DNA of 63,692 bases, the filler included, from Dehalococcoidia bacterium (lineage in GTDB: Bacteria > Chloroflexota > Dehalococcoidia > DSTF01 > RBG-16-68-14): the NCBI GenBank assembly GCA_040882355.1. It is 4 parts of 4 records of this genome, joined end to end, with 100 filler letters (N's around TTAATTAATTAA, not from the genome) between each part and the next. Parts side by side here need not be neighbours in the genome. Positions count along the whole stretch, not along the records: positions 1 to 17,992 come from JBBEBM010000049.1; positions 18,093 to 35,947 come from JBBEBM010000050.1; 2 more parts are not named here. One strand, written 5' to 3'. Below, one piece after another: positions 9,139 to 18,110 of this stretch. The notes under the pieces were generated by a model that worked only from the letters and a program-made list of their open reading frames with translations, did not search any database and was not told the DNA's origin. A program made the translations under genes and the position numbers. The stretch's first letter is position 1. Each line of letters starts with the position of its first letter.

Positions 9139-9975
9139 TTACGCGATCGTAGCGCCGGCGTTGGCGATGACGACTTCGCCGCGCTCGGCGGTCTTCGCCT
9201 GCACGAGCACGCGGGTCGCCGACTCGCGCCAGATGTCGGTGACGATCGTCTCGCCGGGGTAGACGACGCCGGAGAAGCGCACCTCGAAGCTCTTGAAGCG
9301 GGCCGGGTCGCCGTCGCAGCAGGCGTGCAGGATGGCGCGGCCGACGTGGCCGAAGGTGCACAGCCCATGCAGGATCGGCCGCTCGAAGCCGGCGAGCTTC
9401 GCGAACTCCGGGTCGATGTGGAGCGGGTTGCGGTCGCCGGAAAGGCGGTAGAGCGTGGCCTGGTCGGGCGAGGTGGCGTAGGAGACCGTGTGGTCGGGCG
9501 CCTTCTCCGGCGGCACGTTGCGGCTGGTCGCGCTGGGGCCGCGCTCGCCGCCGAAGCCGCCCTCGCCGCGGACGAAGGTGCTGAACATGTTCGCGAAGAG
9601 CACCGCGCCGGCTTCGTCCTTCGTCTCCGCATCGACGACGACAACCGCGCCCGATCCCTTGTCGTAGATCGCGCTGATCTTGGCGTTCGTGGTGAGCTTA
9701 CCCTTCGTCGGGATCGGCGCGCGGAGCTCGATGCGCTGCTCGCCGTGGAGCACCATCATCGGGTTGAACTCGAGCACGCGGGCCAGGCCCGTGAGCGCGG
9801 GGAACGCAGGGATGACGGCGAAGGTCGGCAGCACTCGCAGGTTCTTTTCGTAGACGAACGGCAGGTCCTTCGTCGTCGCGCCGACGCCGAGCGCGTAGAG
9901 CATCACGTCGCGGTCGGTGTAATCGTAGGTGGTCGGCGGCAGCGCCTTGCCGACGGCGGAGAGATCGAGGGCCAT
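9139..9975 (-). CDS. MaoC-type (R)-specific enoyl-CoA hydratase 2, double hotdog fold
   Basis: LYALGVGA, LPTF, LHGEQ, YRLSGDRNPLHIDP, PILHGLCTFG. Confidence 0.92.
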   Translation of the reverse strand: MALDLSAVGKALPPTTYDYTDRDVMLYALGVGATTKDLPFVYEKNLRVLPTFAVIPAFPALTGLARVLEFNPMMVLHGEQRIELRAPIPTKGKLTTNAKISAIYDKGSGAVVVVDAETKDEAGAVLFANMFSTFVRGEGGFGGERGPSATSRNVPPEKAPDHTVSYATSPDQATLYRLSGDRNPLHIDPEFAKLAGFERPILHGLCTFGHVGRAILHACCDGDPARFKSFEVRFSGVVYPGETIVTDIWRESATRVLVQAKTAERGEVVIANAGATIA

Positions 9976-10113
9976 GAGACGTACCTCCTGCGAACGCTTC
10001 GGAATGCGAGAGGAGTGTAGCAGGTGCGCGAGGGCGGGATCGAGGGGCTTGACAAGCCGTGTACAATAGGCGTGAGGGAACCGGCGGTGGTGAGTCAAGC
10101 GCATGGAGGTGCT

Positions 10114-11679
10114 ATGCGACTCCAACGGGTTTTCGTCACACTCACGCTTCTGGTTATCGCAGCGGGGTTCGGCATGCTCGGACCATCTCCAAGGCCGGTG
10201 AGCGCTCACCACATCGTCGGGATATCGGCTGGCGGCCAGCACACGTGCGCCCTCACCGCGAGTGGCGGCGTCCAGTGCTGGGGACGAGACCACTTCGGGC
10301 AGTTGGGAGACGGGAACGGTCCGAACGACGCTGGTTCGAGTATCCCAGTCAACGTGGTAGGACTGGAGAACGGAGTGGTTGCCGTCGCTTCTGGCGGCGT
10401 GCACACATGCGCACTGACAGAGGCTGGCGAGGTGAAATGCTGGGGTGGCGGTGAACAAGGGCAGTTGGGCACCGCGCCGACCGAATACTGTCAGACCCCG
10501 CCCTACCATCCTTGTAATACCGTACCCGTGAGCGTCGAGGGACTGGAATCCGGCGTCACAGACATCACAGCGGGATTCTATCAGACCTGTGCACTTATGG
10601 ACGTCGGATCGGTCGAGTGCTGGGGGATCAACGCTTCTAGCACGCAAGCTTCGAACACACCATCCGAGGTCTTAGCTGAGAACGGCACGCCGTTCACACA
10701 CATCAGGCAAATCGCTGCAGGCTTCATGCACGCCTGCGCGGTTGACGCGGCAGGCGGAGTCTGGTGTTGGGGATCCAACAGCCTTGGCGAACTGGGCGAT
10801 GGATCGCATGGAAGTAGCCGCCCATACGCGGCGCCTGTGGTGGACACGCACGGCGAATCCCTCACGGATGTCCGTAGCGTAGCCGCGTCCTGGGACTTCA
10901 CGTGCGCGCTGACCGGCGCCGGCGCGGTGAAGTGCTGGGGATACAACTGGTTCGGCGCGCTCGGAGTTGGAGGTGTGACTGGCCCGGCATACCTTTCAGG
11001 CCAAGATGACTTTCGCGCGCATCCGCAGGACGTTGTGGGGTTGGGGCGTCCGGCAGTAGCTGTTGATACAAACGGTGGGGGTCTTCACCCGTGCGCTCTC
11101 CTGGACGACGGTACCGTCAAGTGCTGGGGCCTGAACGGGTTTGGGGAGGTCAACGGGCTCGCCGCTCCTGGACAACCTGACGGGTCCGGCTACTTTTCCA
11201 CGCCAACAGGCGCGCCGGTGAAAGGCAATGCTGTGGCCGTATCGGCTGGCGGTATGCATACTTGCGCGCTGCTGGACAACGGGGCGGTCACCTGCTGGGG
11301 GATGGACTGGTATGGCATCACCGGCGACAGCGACGGCGATGGCTGCACGGACTTCGCGGAGCACGGAGACAACCCCATGCTCGGGGGACTGCGCAATCAT
11401 GAGGACTACTGGGACTTCTTCGATACGCCGATCGCATCGGGACTTCGCGATGGCGCGATAACCGCCGGCGACATCGCTCGCGTCGCGTCACGCTTCGGGT
11501 CGTCCGGAGACTCGTCCGGGGATCCCCTAGCAACGCCGCCCGCGGGCGGTTATCACCCTGCCTTTGACCGTGGCGCTCAGGTCGGCGAGTATCCGTGGAG
11601 TCGAGCGCCTGCTGACGGGGCGATTACAGTGAGCGACATCGGCGCCGTCGTCACCCAGTTCGGGCATAGCTGCGCGTAG
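10114..11679 (+). CDS. Secreted RCC1-repeat protein with C-terminal flexitail-like domain
   Basis: Signal peptide; repeated S.G..HTCAL...G.V.CWG.N..GQLG; tail DSDGDGCTD..E...WDFFDTP...DGAIT..DI.AVV.QFGHSC. Confidence 0.85.
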   Translation: MRLQRVFVTLTLLVIAAGFGMLGPSPRPVSAHHIVGISAGGQHTCALTASGGVQCWGRDHFGQLGDGNGPNDAGSSIPVNVVGLENGVVAVASGGVHTCALTEAGEVKCWGGGEQGQLGTAPTEYCQTPPYHPCNTVPVSVEGLESGVTDITAGFYQTCALMDVGSVECWGINASSTQASNTPSEVLAENGTPFTHIRQIAAGFMHACAVDAAGGVWCWGSNSLGELGDGSHGSSRPYAAPVVDTHGESLTDVRSVAASWDFTCALTGAGAVKCWGYNWFGALGVGGVTGPAYLSGQDDFRAHPQDVVGLGRPAVAVDTNGGGLHPCALLDDGTVKCWGLNGFGEVNGLAAPGQPDGSGYFSTPTGAPVKGNAVAVSAGGMHTCALLDNGAVTCWGMDWYGITGDSDGDGCTDFAEHGDNPMLGGLRNHEDYWDFFDTPIASGLRDGAITAGDIARVASRFGSSGDSSGDPLATPPAGGYHPAFDRGAQVGEYPWSRAPADGAITVSDIGAVVTQFGHSCA

Positions 11680-11752
11680 TCAACCTTCGAAGCAGGAAGA
11701 CAGCGCCCGGGTCGCAATGCCCCGGCGCGCTCTACGTTGGGTTCTATTCGGC

Positions 11753-12502
11753 CTACTGCCAGCCCTTGCGGGCGCCGGCGGTCATCTGGAGGGGGCCGGT
11801 GGGCCAGTTGAAGCCGAAGCGCATCGCCTTGTCGATATCCTCGGCTGAGGCGACGCCTTCCTCCAGCACGCGACGCGCCTCGGCCACGGCCGCGAAGTAG
11901 ATCCGATTCGCGACGAAGCCGTACTTTCCGGGAGCGTCCTTCACCCGGATCGTCTCCTTGGCCGCGCGCGCGCCGACTTCCTCCAGCAGGACGATGGTCT
12001 CCTCGCTCGTCTCCGGCGCGTAGATGATCTCGATCAGGCGCATGACGAACGCGGGGCTGAACCAGTGCATGCCGATGAACTTGTCCTTGCGCGCCACGGC
12101 CTTGTTGAGGTCGCTGATGGCGAAGCCGGAGGTGTTCGTGGCGAAGACGGCGCTGGGCTTGATCTGCTTGTCGATCTCGGCGAAGACCTTCTTCTTCAGG
12201 TCGAGGTCCTCCGGGACCGCCTCGACGAGCAGGTCGACGTCGCGCAGGTCGTCGACGTCCGTCGTGAACGAGATGCGCGAGAGCGTCGCGTCCATTTGCT
12301 CCTGGGTGACCTTCCCGCGCTCGACGGCGCCCCGCAGACCGAAGCGGCCTTCTACGACCGTCTCGCGCGTCTTCTCGACCAGCTCGTCGTTGAGGTCGCG
12401 CACTCGCACGTTGAATCCCCCAGCGGCGAGCGACTGGGCGATGCCGCCGCCCATCACCCCGCCTCCGAGCACGCCGATGAGCTTGATGTCGTCCACGTTC
12501 AT
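11753..12502 (-). CDS. 3-hydroxyacyl-CoA dehydrogenase
   Basis: GVLGGGVMGGGIA, EAVPEDL.LK, TNTS, GMHWFSP, GFVANR. Confidence 0.92.
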   Translation of the reverse strand: MNVDDIKLIGVLGGGVMGGGIAQSLAAGGFNVRVRDLNDELVEKTRETVVEGRFGLRGAVERGKVTQEQMDATLSRISFTTDVDDLRDVDLLVEAVPEDLDLKKKVFAEIDKQIKPSAVFATNTSGFAISDLNKAVARKDKFIGMHWFSPAFVMRLIEIIYAPETSEETIVLLEEVGARAAKETIRVKDAPGKYGFVANRIYFAAVAEARRVLEEGVASAEDIDKAMRFGFNWPTGPLQMTAGARKGWQ

Positions 12503-12525
12503 GAGAAGCCTCCTCGCAGCCCTCC

Positions 12526-12547
12526 GAAGGCCAGGCTTCAGCCTGGC
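12526..12547 (+). repeat. GAAG-tagged REP-like palindrome
   Basis: GAAG-GCCAGG-CTTCAG-CCTGGC. Confidence 0.6.
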
Positions 12548-12655
12548 GTACAGTCCTGGTGGCGAAGCGGATCGTAGCAGGAACGCAGAGGACGGTACAA
12601 GGAACAAGCGAGGGTCGAGGGTCAGGGGTCACGAGACGCGCCGGCCGGGGCAGCG

Positions 12656-13978
12656 CTACGCGCAGATGCGGCGCACGACCTCGAAGAGGAGCTGGCAGCC
12701 GAGGCGCATGTTCTCGACCGAGATGCGCTCGTTGTGACCGTGGATGGTCGCCGCCTCGCGCGGTTCGAGGAGGATGGGGATGAAGCCGTACGCGGTGACG
12801 CCGCGGCGACGGAAGACGCGCGAGTCCGTAAAGCCGGCCGAGACGCTCGGCAACATCACCGCCTCCTCGACGTGCTCGCGGACGACGCCTTCGATCACGT
12901 CCATCAGCTCGGTGTCGATGGGCGACGGCGGGGTGTTCGAGTCGAGCACGCTCTCGATCTGGATCTCGGGGTCGTCGATGACGGCGCGCAGCTCCGCCAG
13001 GAAGGCCTGCGAGTCGACGCCTGGCAGCAGACGGCAGTCGAGGGCCGCCTCGGCGGTCGCCGGGATGACGTTGTGCTTGATGCCGGCCCGGGCCATGGTG
13101 AGGCTGACGGTGTTGCTGGTGATGGCGCGCACCAAGGGATTGCGATCGCCCAGGCGGGCGATCGCTTCGTCGGTCGGCTCCTCGTCCATGAAGCCGTGAC
13201 GATGCACGCGAGCGAAGTACTCGCTCAACTCCGGCACGACGGCGCGCGGCCGCTGCCACTGCTGAACACGGTGCAGCGCGCGCACCAGCCGGTCGAGGGC
13301 GTTCGCGTCGTGCGGGACGGAGCCGTGGCCGGGCGGGCCTTGCGCGATGAGCCGCAGCCAGAACGGGCCCTTCTCGCTAACGGCGCAGTTGAAGACGGGG
13401 CGCCGCTGGCCCATCAGCTCCAGCGTGCCCCAGCCGCCCTCGTTGATCACGTACTCGGCCTCGAGCGTCTCCGGGTGGTGCTTGTCGAGGAACTCAACGC
13501 CGTACTCGCTGCCGGCCTCCTCGTCGGCGACGGCAAAGAAGACGATGTCGCGCTTGCTGGCGATGCCGAGGCGGCGCATGAGAAAGACGGCGATCAGCTC
13601 CATCACGCCCATGCCCTTCATGTCGAGCGCGCCGCGACCCCAGATCACGCCGTCCTTCACCAGCCCGGCGAACGGCTCCTCCTGCCAGCCCTCGCGCTCA
13701 ACGGGCACAACGTCGGTGTGGTTGAGCAGCACGAGTGGCCTCGCCGAGCCATCGCCCGGCAGGACCGCGCGCATGTTGAGGCGGTCGGGCGACTGCGCGT
13801 CCGAGGCATCGTAGACGGTGATGTCATCGATGCCCTCGGCGCGGAGCAGGCCGGCGAGGAAGTGGGCGGCGGGCGCTTCGTTGCCGGGCGGGTTGCTCGT
13901 ATCGATGCGGAGGTAGCGGCAGAGGATGTCGGTGGCCTCTTCGGTCACCTTGTCCCAATCGATCTGAGGGGCGGTCAC
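12656..13978 (-). CDS. M20/M25/M40 family metallopeptidase (ArgE/DapE-like)
   Basis: NPPGNE, HTDVVP, GRGALDMKG, DEEAG, NEGG, HGS.P, GFTD, HG.NERI. Confidence 0.92.
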   Translation of the reverse strand: MTAPQIDWDKVTEEATDILCRYLRIDTSNPPGNEAPAAHFLAGLLRAEGIDDITVYDASDAQSPDRLNMRAVLPGDGSARPLVLLNHTDVVPVEREGWQEEPFAGLVKDGVIWGRGALDMKGMGVMELIAVFLMRRLGIASKRDIVFFAVADEEAGSEYGVEFLDKHHPETLEAEYVINEGGWGTLELMGQRRPVFNCAVSEKGPFWLRLIAQGPPGHGSVPHDANALDRLVRALHRVQQWQRPRAVVPELSEYFARVHRHGFMDEEPTDEAIARLGDRNPLVRAITSNTVSLTMARAGIKHNVIPATAEAALDCRLLPGVDSQAFLAELRAVIDDPEIQIESVLDSNTPPSPIDTELMDVIEGVVREHVEEAVMLPSVSAGFTDSRVFRRRGVTAYGFIPILLEPREAATIHGHNERISVENMRLGCQLLFEVVRRICA

Positions 13979-14059
13979 AGCGCCGCCATTCTAGCCAACG
14001 AGTCGTGCTGTCGCCAGACGGCTCACGCGCGGGACGGTTGTAAGCACTCGCCTCCACTC

Positions 14060-14121
14060 CGTAGCTGCAGACCTTAGGTCCGCTCTAACGACTTCTGGCA
14101 GGGCTGAAGCCCTGCCGCTAC
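14060..14121. repeat. Inverted pair of GTAG REP-like palindromes
   Basis: GTAG-ctgcagaccttaggtccgc (degenerate) and, on the minus strand, GTAG-cggcagggcttcagccctgcc. Confidence 0.6.
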
Positions 14122-14190
14122 GGACGAACCGATGCCGCGTGGCAGGGCCAACGTCTCAGCGCGGCGCGATCGACGACAGCGGGACGACCA

Positions 14191-14272
14191 CCCTCACCCC
14201 GCGCCTCTCTCACATCGCTCTCCAATCAACAGATCGCCCCTCTCCCAAAGGGAGAGGGGACGGGGGTGATGG
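14191..14272. repeat. CCCTCACCCC/CCCTCTCCC...GGGAGAGGG palindromic repeat
   Basis: ccctcacccc...cccctctcccaaagggagaggggacgggggtga hairpin, a widespread bacterial small palindromic repeat type. Confidence 0.6.
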
Positions 14273-14342
14273 GGAGCAGCAAGAAACAAGCAAGAGCTGC
14301 TCGCGATCCTCTTGAGCTCGCTGTTAGGCCAGGCCTCCACCA

Positions 14343-15182
14343 TCATCCCGGCGCGATTGAGGAGAGCGGGACGAACGAGTAGCCGGCCGCGCGCAGGCCA
14401 TCGATGACGCGCTGGAGGGCGGGGCCGTCCCCCGAGGCGCTGCCGACGTGGAAGATGTAGATCGCGCCGGGCGCTGCGAGTTGCAGGCAGCGCGCGACGA
14501 TCTCGTCAGTCGAGACGCCGCGCCAGCCGTACGAGTCGACCGTCCACATCACGTTGTAGCGATAGCCGCGGGCGAGGACGTCCCGGTTCACCGAGGCGTC
14601 CTGATCGCCGTAGGGCGGCCGGAAGTAGGGCAGCGTGCTCGCGCCCGTGAGGCTCTGCACGATGCCCTCCGTGCGGTCGAGCTGATCCCAGCGCTGCGCC
14701 TGTGAGAGCGGCGGCTCGCCGGTCGAGAGGCCGGTGAACGAGCCGTGGTTGTAGGTGTGGTTGATCAGCTCGTGGCCTTCGCGGACGATGCGGCGTAGCA
14801 ATTCCGGGTTCTGCTCAGCCCAGCGCCCGGTGATGCCGAAGCCAGCTACGATGCCGTTCGCGCTGAGGGTGTCGAGGATCTGCGACGTGTAGCCCGCGTC
14901 GCTGCCCGCGTCGAAGGTGAGCGTAACGGCCCGGCGGGTCGTGTCGCCGCGCGAGATGACGCTGGCCGAGCCGCCGAGTGGTGGTTGGATCGCGGGCGGT
15001 GGCCGGGTGGGCGGCGGCGGCGCGAGCGTGGCGGTGGGGAGCGCCGTCGCGGTCGGGCCGGGCGTAGGCGTGGCGGTGCGAGCCGGCGTGCTCGTCGGCT
15101 CAGGCGCAGGCTCGCCGTCGCCTCCGCAGGCGGCGAGCAGGGCGAGGACGAGCAGCGACGGGATCAGTACACGGGTTCGCAC
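14343..15182 (-). CDS. Polysaccharide deacetylase (CE4) lipoprotein
   Basis: Lipobox LAAC; Pro/Thr linker; LTFD, NHTYNH, FRPPYG, W.VDS..W, I..FH. Confidence 0.88.
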   Translation of the reverse strand: MRTRVLIPSLLVLALLAACGGDGEPAPEPTSTPARTATPTPGPTATALPTATLAPPPPTRPPPAIQPPLGGSASVISRGDTTRRAVTLTFDAGSDAGYTSQILDTLSANGIVAGFGITGRWAEQNPELLRRIVREGHELINHTYNHGSFTGLSTGEPPLSQAQRWDQLDRTEGIVQSLTGASTLPYFRPPYGDQDASVNRDVLARGYRYNVMWTVDSYGWRGVSTDEIVARCLQLAAPGAIYIFHVGSASGDGPALQRVIDGLRAAGYSFVPLSSIAPG

Positions 15183-15238
15183 GAAAGGCTCCACCTTCAG
15201 GATACGGCAAGGAGAGGACAGGTAAGGAAAGAGGAGGG

Positions 15239-16774
15239 CTAGTGCGCGTGGACGACGGTCTGGCAGAGCTGGGCGCCGTTCTCGTCCTTGAGGGTGATCG
15301 TCGTCGTGCCGGCAGCCGGGTCGACTTCGACGAGGCCGTACGCGTAGGCGTCGAGCTCGACGCAATCGGCGCGGGCGACCTGCGTGAGCACGCCGGCGAA
15401 GAGCGCGTCGGCGCCCTCGCCCTGCGCCTCGACAGCCGCGTCGCCGAACGTCCCGTGCGCGATCGGGCCCGCGATCGCCTCCCTGGCGATGACGGGGCCG
15501 GTGGGCTTGCCCTGCGCGTCGCTGGGGTAGAGGACGTTGACGTAGGCGTTGACCAGGATGTTGGCGTGGAAGTCCGTCGTCAGGAACACGACGTTTTTGA
15601 TCTGGCTGAAGGCGATGAAGCCCAGCAGCTCCTCGCGCTCGGCCCGGTAGCCCTCCCAGCGGTCGTAGGGCTGGGCGAAGAGCTCCGAGATGGGCACCTC
15701 GTTCACGATGATCTTGAAGGTCGCTTCGGAGTTGCTCAGCGCGTCGAAGAGAAACTGCTTCTGCTCCTCGCCGAGCATCGTGCGCTCGGGGTCGTTCAGG
15801 GCGGCGACGCAAGCGGGATCGGTGACCAGCGGCAGGTCGACGGCCGTGCGGATGTTGCGAATGGGTTGCGGCACGTTCGGGAAGCCAAAGCCGGGCAGCA
15901 CGTCCGGCTCCTCGGCGCCCTCCGGCGTGCATTCCGCAGCGACGTCATCGCTGCGGAAGGAGCGCTCGTCCAGGACGATCAGCTCGACGGCGTTGCCCCA
16001 GCGGAAGGTGCGGTAGAGCACCTCCGGCTGGTCGTCGCCGCTGATCGGCATGTACTCGCGGAAGGCCTGTCGCCCGTTGGCGAGCAGGTCGGGATCGACG
16101 CTCGTGCCGGCGAAGTCGTTCTCGACCTCGTGGTCGTCCCAGATCGTGTAGACCGGCGTGCCGGCGAGCACCTGGCGCATCCGCTCGACCTCGCGGCTCT
16201 CCTTGTACTTCGCCCGGTAGTCGTCGAGCGTCGTCGCCTTGGCGGCGGAGTCGGCGTAGATCGTGTCGCCGAAGAAGAGGAAGAAGTCGGGGTCCTCCGC
16301 GCGGATGGCGTCCAGCACCTTGAAATCGAAGGCGCGGGTGCCGTCCTCGCGGACCGTGCTGTCAGTGTCGCCGGAGAAGGCGAAGCGCACGGGGGCGGCC
16401 TCACCTTCGAGAGGCGCCGTGCGGAACGTGCCGACTTCGCTCATGCTCTCGCCGCGTCGAAAGCGGTAGTAGTAGGTCTGCGCCGCTTCCAGGCTAGTGA
16501 CCTCGGCTTTCGCGGTGAAGTCCGCATCCTCCTCCGCCTTGACCTTCTCTTCGACGAGGACGTGCTCGAACGCCTCGTCGGTCGCGACGTCGAGCGTGAG
16601 GGTCGCTTCGTGGTCGGCGCGAGTCCAGAGGACGGCGCCGTCCGGGCGGACGTCGCCGGACGCGACGCCATACGAGAAGACGACCGGTCCACCGTCGTCG
16701 CTGCAGGCGAGCACAAGGCTGACGACGAAAGAGGCGGCCGCGACGACCAACAAGCGTGGGAGCTGAATGCCCAT
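15239..16774 (-). CDS. phoD: Alkaline phosphatase D family lipoprotein
   Basis: F.YGVASGD...VLWTR, GDTIYAD, WDDHEVEND, LDERSFR, D.WEGY..ER, D.H. Confidence 0.88.
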   Translation of the reverse strand: MGIQLPRLLVVAAASFVVSLVLACSDDGGPVVFSYGVASGDVRPDGAVLWTRADHEATLTLDVATDEAFEHVLVEEKVKAEEDADFTAKAEVTSLEAAQTYYYRFRRGESMSEVGTFRTAPLEGEAAPVRFAFSGDTDSTVREDGTRAFDFKVLDAIRAEDPDFFLFFGDTIYADSAAKATTLDDYRAKYKESREVERMRQVLAGTPVYTIWDDHEVENDFAGTSVDPDLLANGRQAFREYMPISGDDQPEVLYRTFRWGNAVELIVLDERSFRSDDVAAECTPEGAEEPDVLPGFGFPNVPQPIRNIRTAVDLPLVTDPACVAALNDPERTMLGEEQKQFLFDALSNSEATFKIIVNEVPISELFAQPYDRWEGYRAEREELLGFIAFSQIKNVVFLTTDFHANILVNAYVNVLYPSDAQGKPTGPVIAREAIAGPIAHGTFGDAAVEAQGEGADALFAGVLTQVARADCVELDAYAYGLVEVDPAAGTTTITLKDENGAQLCQTVVHAH

Positions 16775-16844
16775 AGTGCTGACTGATTATCGGCTCTAGA
16801 TACGACGGCCAAGAGCGGGCCGGGCCGTCTGTTAGCATGGCGGC

Positions 16845-17774
16845 ATGAGCGGCATACAGGACCGTCGAATCCTGGCGTATGGCGTGCTGGGCGCCGGAGT
16901 GCTGGCCGTCTCCTGGGCCGCGATTCTGGTCCGGGCGGCCGATGCGCCCGCCCTGGTGATCGCTTCGTATCGACTGGGGCTGGCGGCGCTGCCGGTGGGA
17001 ACGCTCGCGCTCTGGCAGCAACGCCGCGCTCCTGAGGCGATCACGCGAGCGACGATGTGGCCGCTGGCGCTCTCGGCGGCCTTTCTCGCGGCGCACTTCG
17101 CGTTCTGGATCACCTCGCTCCAACACACGTCGGTGGTCACCGCCGTCGTGCTGATGGCGGTGCAGCCGCTCTTCGTCGCTATCGCCTCGCCGCTGCTGCT
17201 CCACGAAGCGGTCGACCGCCGCGTCTGGCTCGCTCTCGCCATCGCATCGAGCGGGACAGCGGTGATGGCGGCGGAGGACTTCGGCGAAGGGATCGGCACG
17301 CTGGCCGGCGATTTGTACGCGCTGCTCGGCGGCGTCTTCGCCGCTGGCTACCTGATCGTCGGGCGCTGGGCGCGACCGAGCACCTCCTGGGTGCGCTACG
17401 TCGGCGTCGTCTATCCGGTGACGGCGCTACTGCTCCTCGCGACGACGCTGATCGCGCAGGAGCCGCTCACCGGGTACTCGACGAAGACGTACGTGATGAT
17501 CGCGCTGATGGCGCTGGGGCCGCAGCTCATCGGGCACTCGTCGATCAACTGGGCGCTCGGCTACCTGCCGGCGGTGATCGTAGCGCTCGCGATCCTGGTC
17601 GAGCCGGTCGCCGCGACGGCGCTGGCCGCGATCGTGCTGGACGAGTACCCGAGCGCACCGGAGCTCGCGGGCGCGCTACTGGTGCTGCTCGGCGTGTATG
17701 TCGGCCTGCGGCCGCAGCGCGGGGAGACGGTCGCCCTCGAAGCGCGCGCGACGGCGGACGTGGGGGTGGACTGA
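16845..17774 (+). CDS. DMT/EamA family transporter
   Basis: 10 TM segments; LAAHFAFWITSL..TSV, PQLIGHSSINWAL, EPV.A. Confidence 0.9.
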   Translation: MSGIQDRRILAYGVLGAGVLAVSWAAILVRAADAPALVIASYRLGLAALPVGTLALWQQRRAPEAITRATMWPLALSAAFLAAHFAFWITSLQHTSVVTAVVLMAVQPLFVAIASPLLLHEAVDRRVWLALAIASSGTAVMAAEDFGEGIGTLAGDLYALLGGVFAAGYLIVGRWARPSTSWVRYVGVVYPVTALLLLATTLIAQEPLTGYSTKTYVMIALMALGPQLIGHSSINWALGYLPAVIVALAILVEPVAATALAAIVLDEYPSAPELAGALLVLLGVYVGLRPQRGETVALEARATADVGVD

Positions 17775-17856
17775 GGCCCTCGACACCGCCGACTGAGATC
17801 GGCGGCGGCCATTCCGTGAGCGGACGGCAGACGCGATCGAGCATTAGGCGAGCTGC

Positions 17857-17880
17857 GGGAGGCCTAAAGGCCTCCCCTAC
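17857..17880 (-). repeat. GTAG REP-like palindrome
   Basis: Minus strand reads GTAG-GGGAGGCC-TTTA-GGCCTCCC. Confidence 0.7.
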
Positions 17881-17906
17881 ACGCCGCACCATAAGGAGGC
17901 ACAACC

Positions 17907-17992
17907 ATGTCCGGACCGCTGGAAGGCATCACGATCCTCGACCTGACGTGGGTGCTCTCGGGGCCGTACGCCTCGATGGTGCTCTGCGACCT
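17907..17992 (+). CDS. CaiB/BaiF CoA-transferase family III, 5' fragment cut by contig end
   Basis: AAGGAGG RBS, then MSGPLEGITILDLTWVLSGPYASMVLCD. Confidence 0.85.
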
Positions 17993-18092
17993 NNNNNNNN
18001 NNNNNNNNNNNNNNNNNNNNNNNNNNNNNNNNNNNNTTAATTAATTAANNNNNNNNNNNNNNNNNNNNNNNNNNNNNNNNNNNNNNNNNNNN
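17993..18092. other. Artificial contig linker
   Basis: N run with TTAATTAATTAA (stops in all six frames). Confidence 0.97.
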
Positions 18093-18110
18093 TTGTGACG
18101 GGTAGGCGCG

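Noticed and set aside
10049..10067. TTGACA...TACAAT as a consensus promoter
   Set aside because: Spacer is only 7 nt, far from 16-18
17993..18092. TTAATTAATTAA as a biological motif, and gene neighbourhoods across it
   Set aside because: The same 12-mer within 100-bp N blocks occurs three times and each time cuts a gene; it is an artificial concatenation linker
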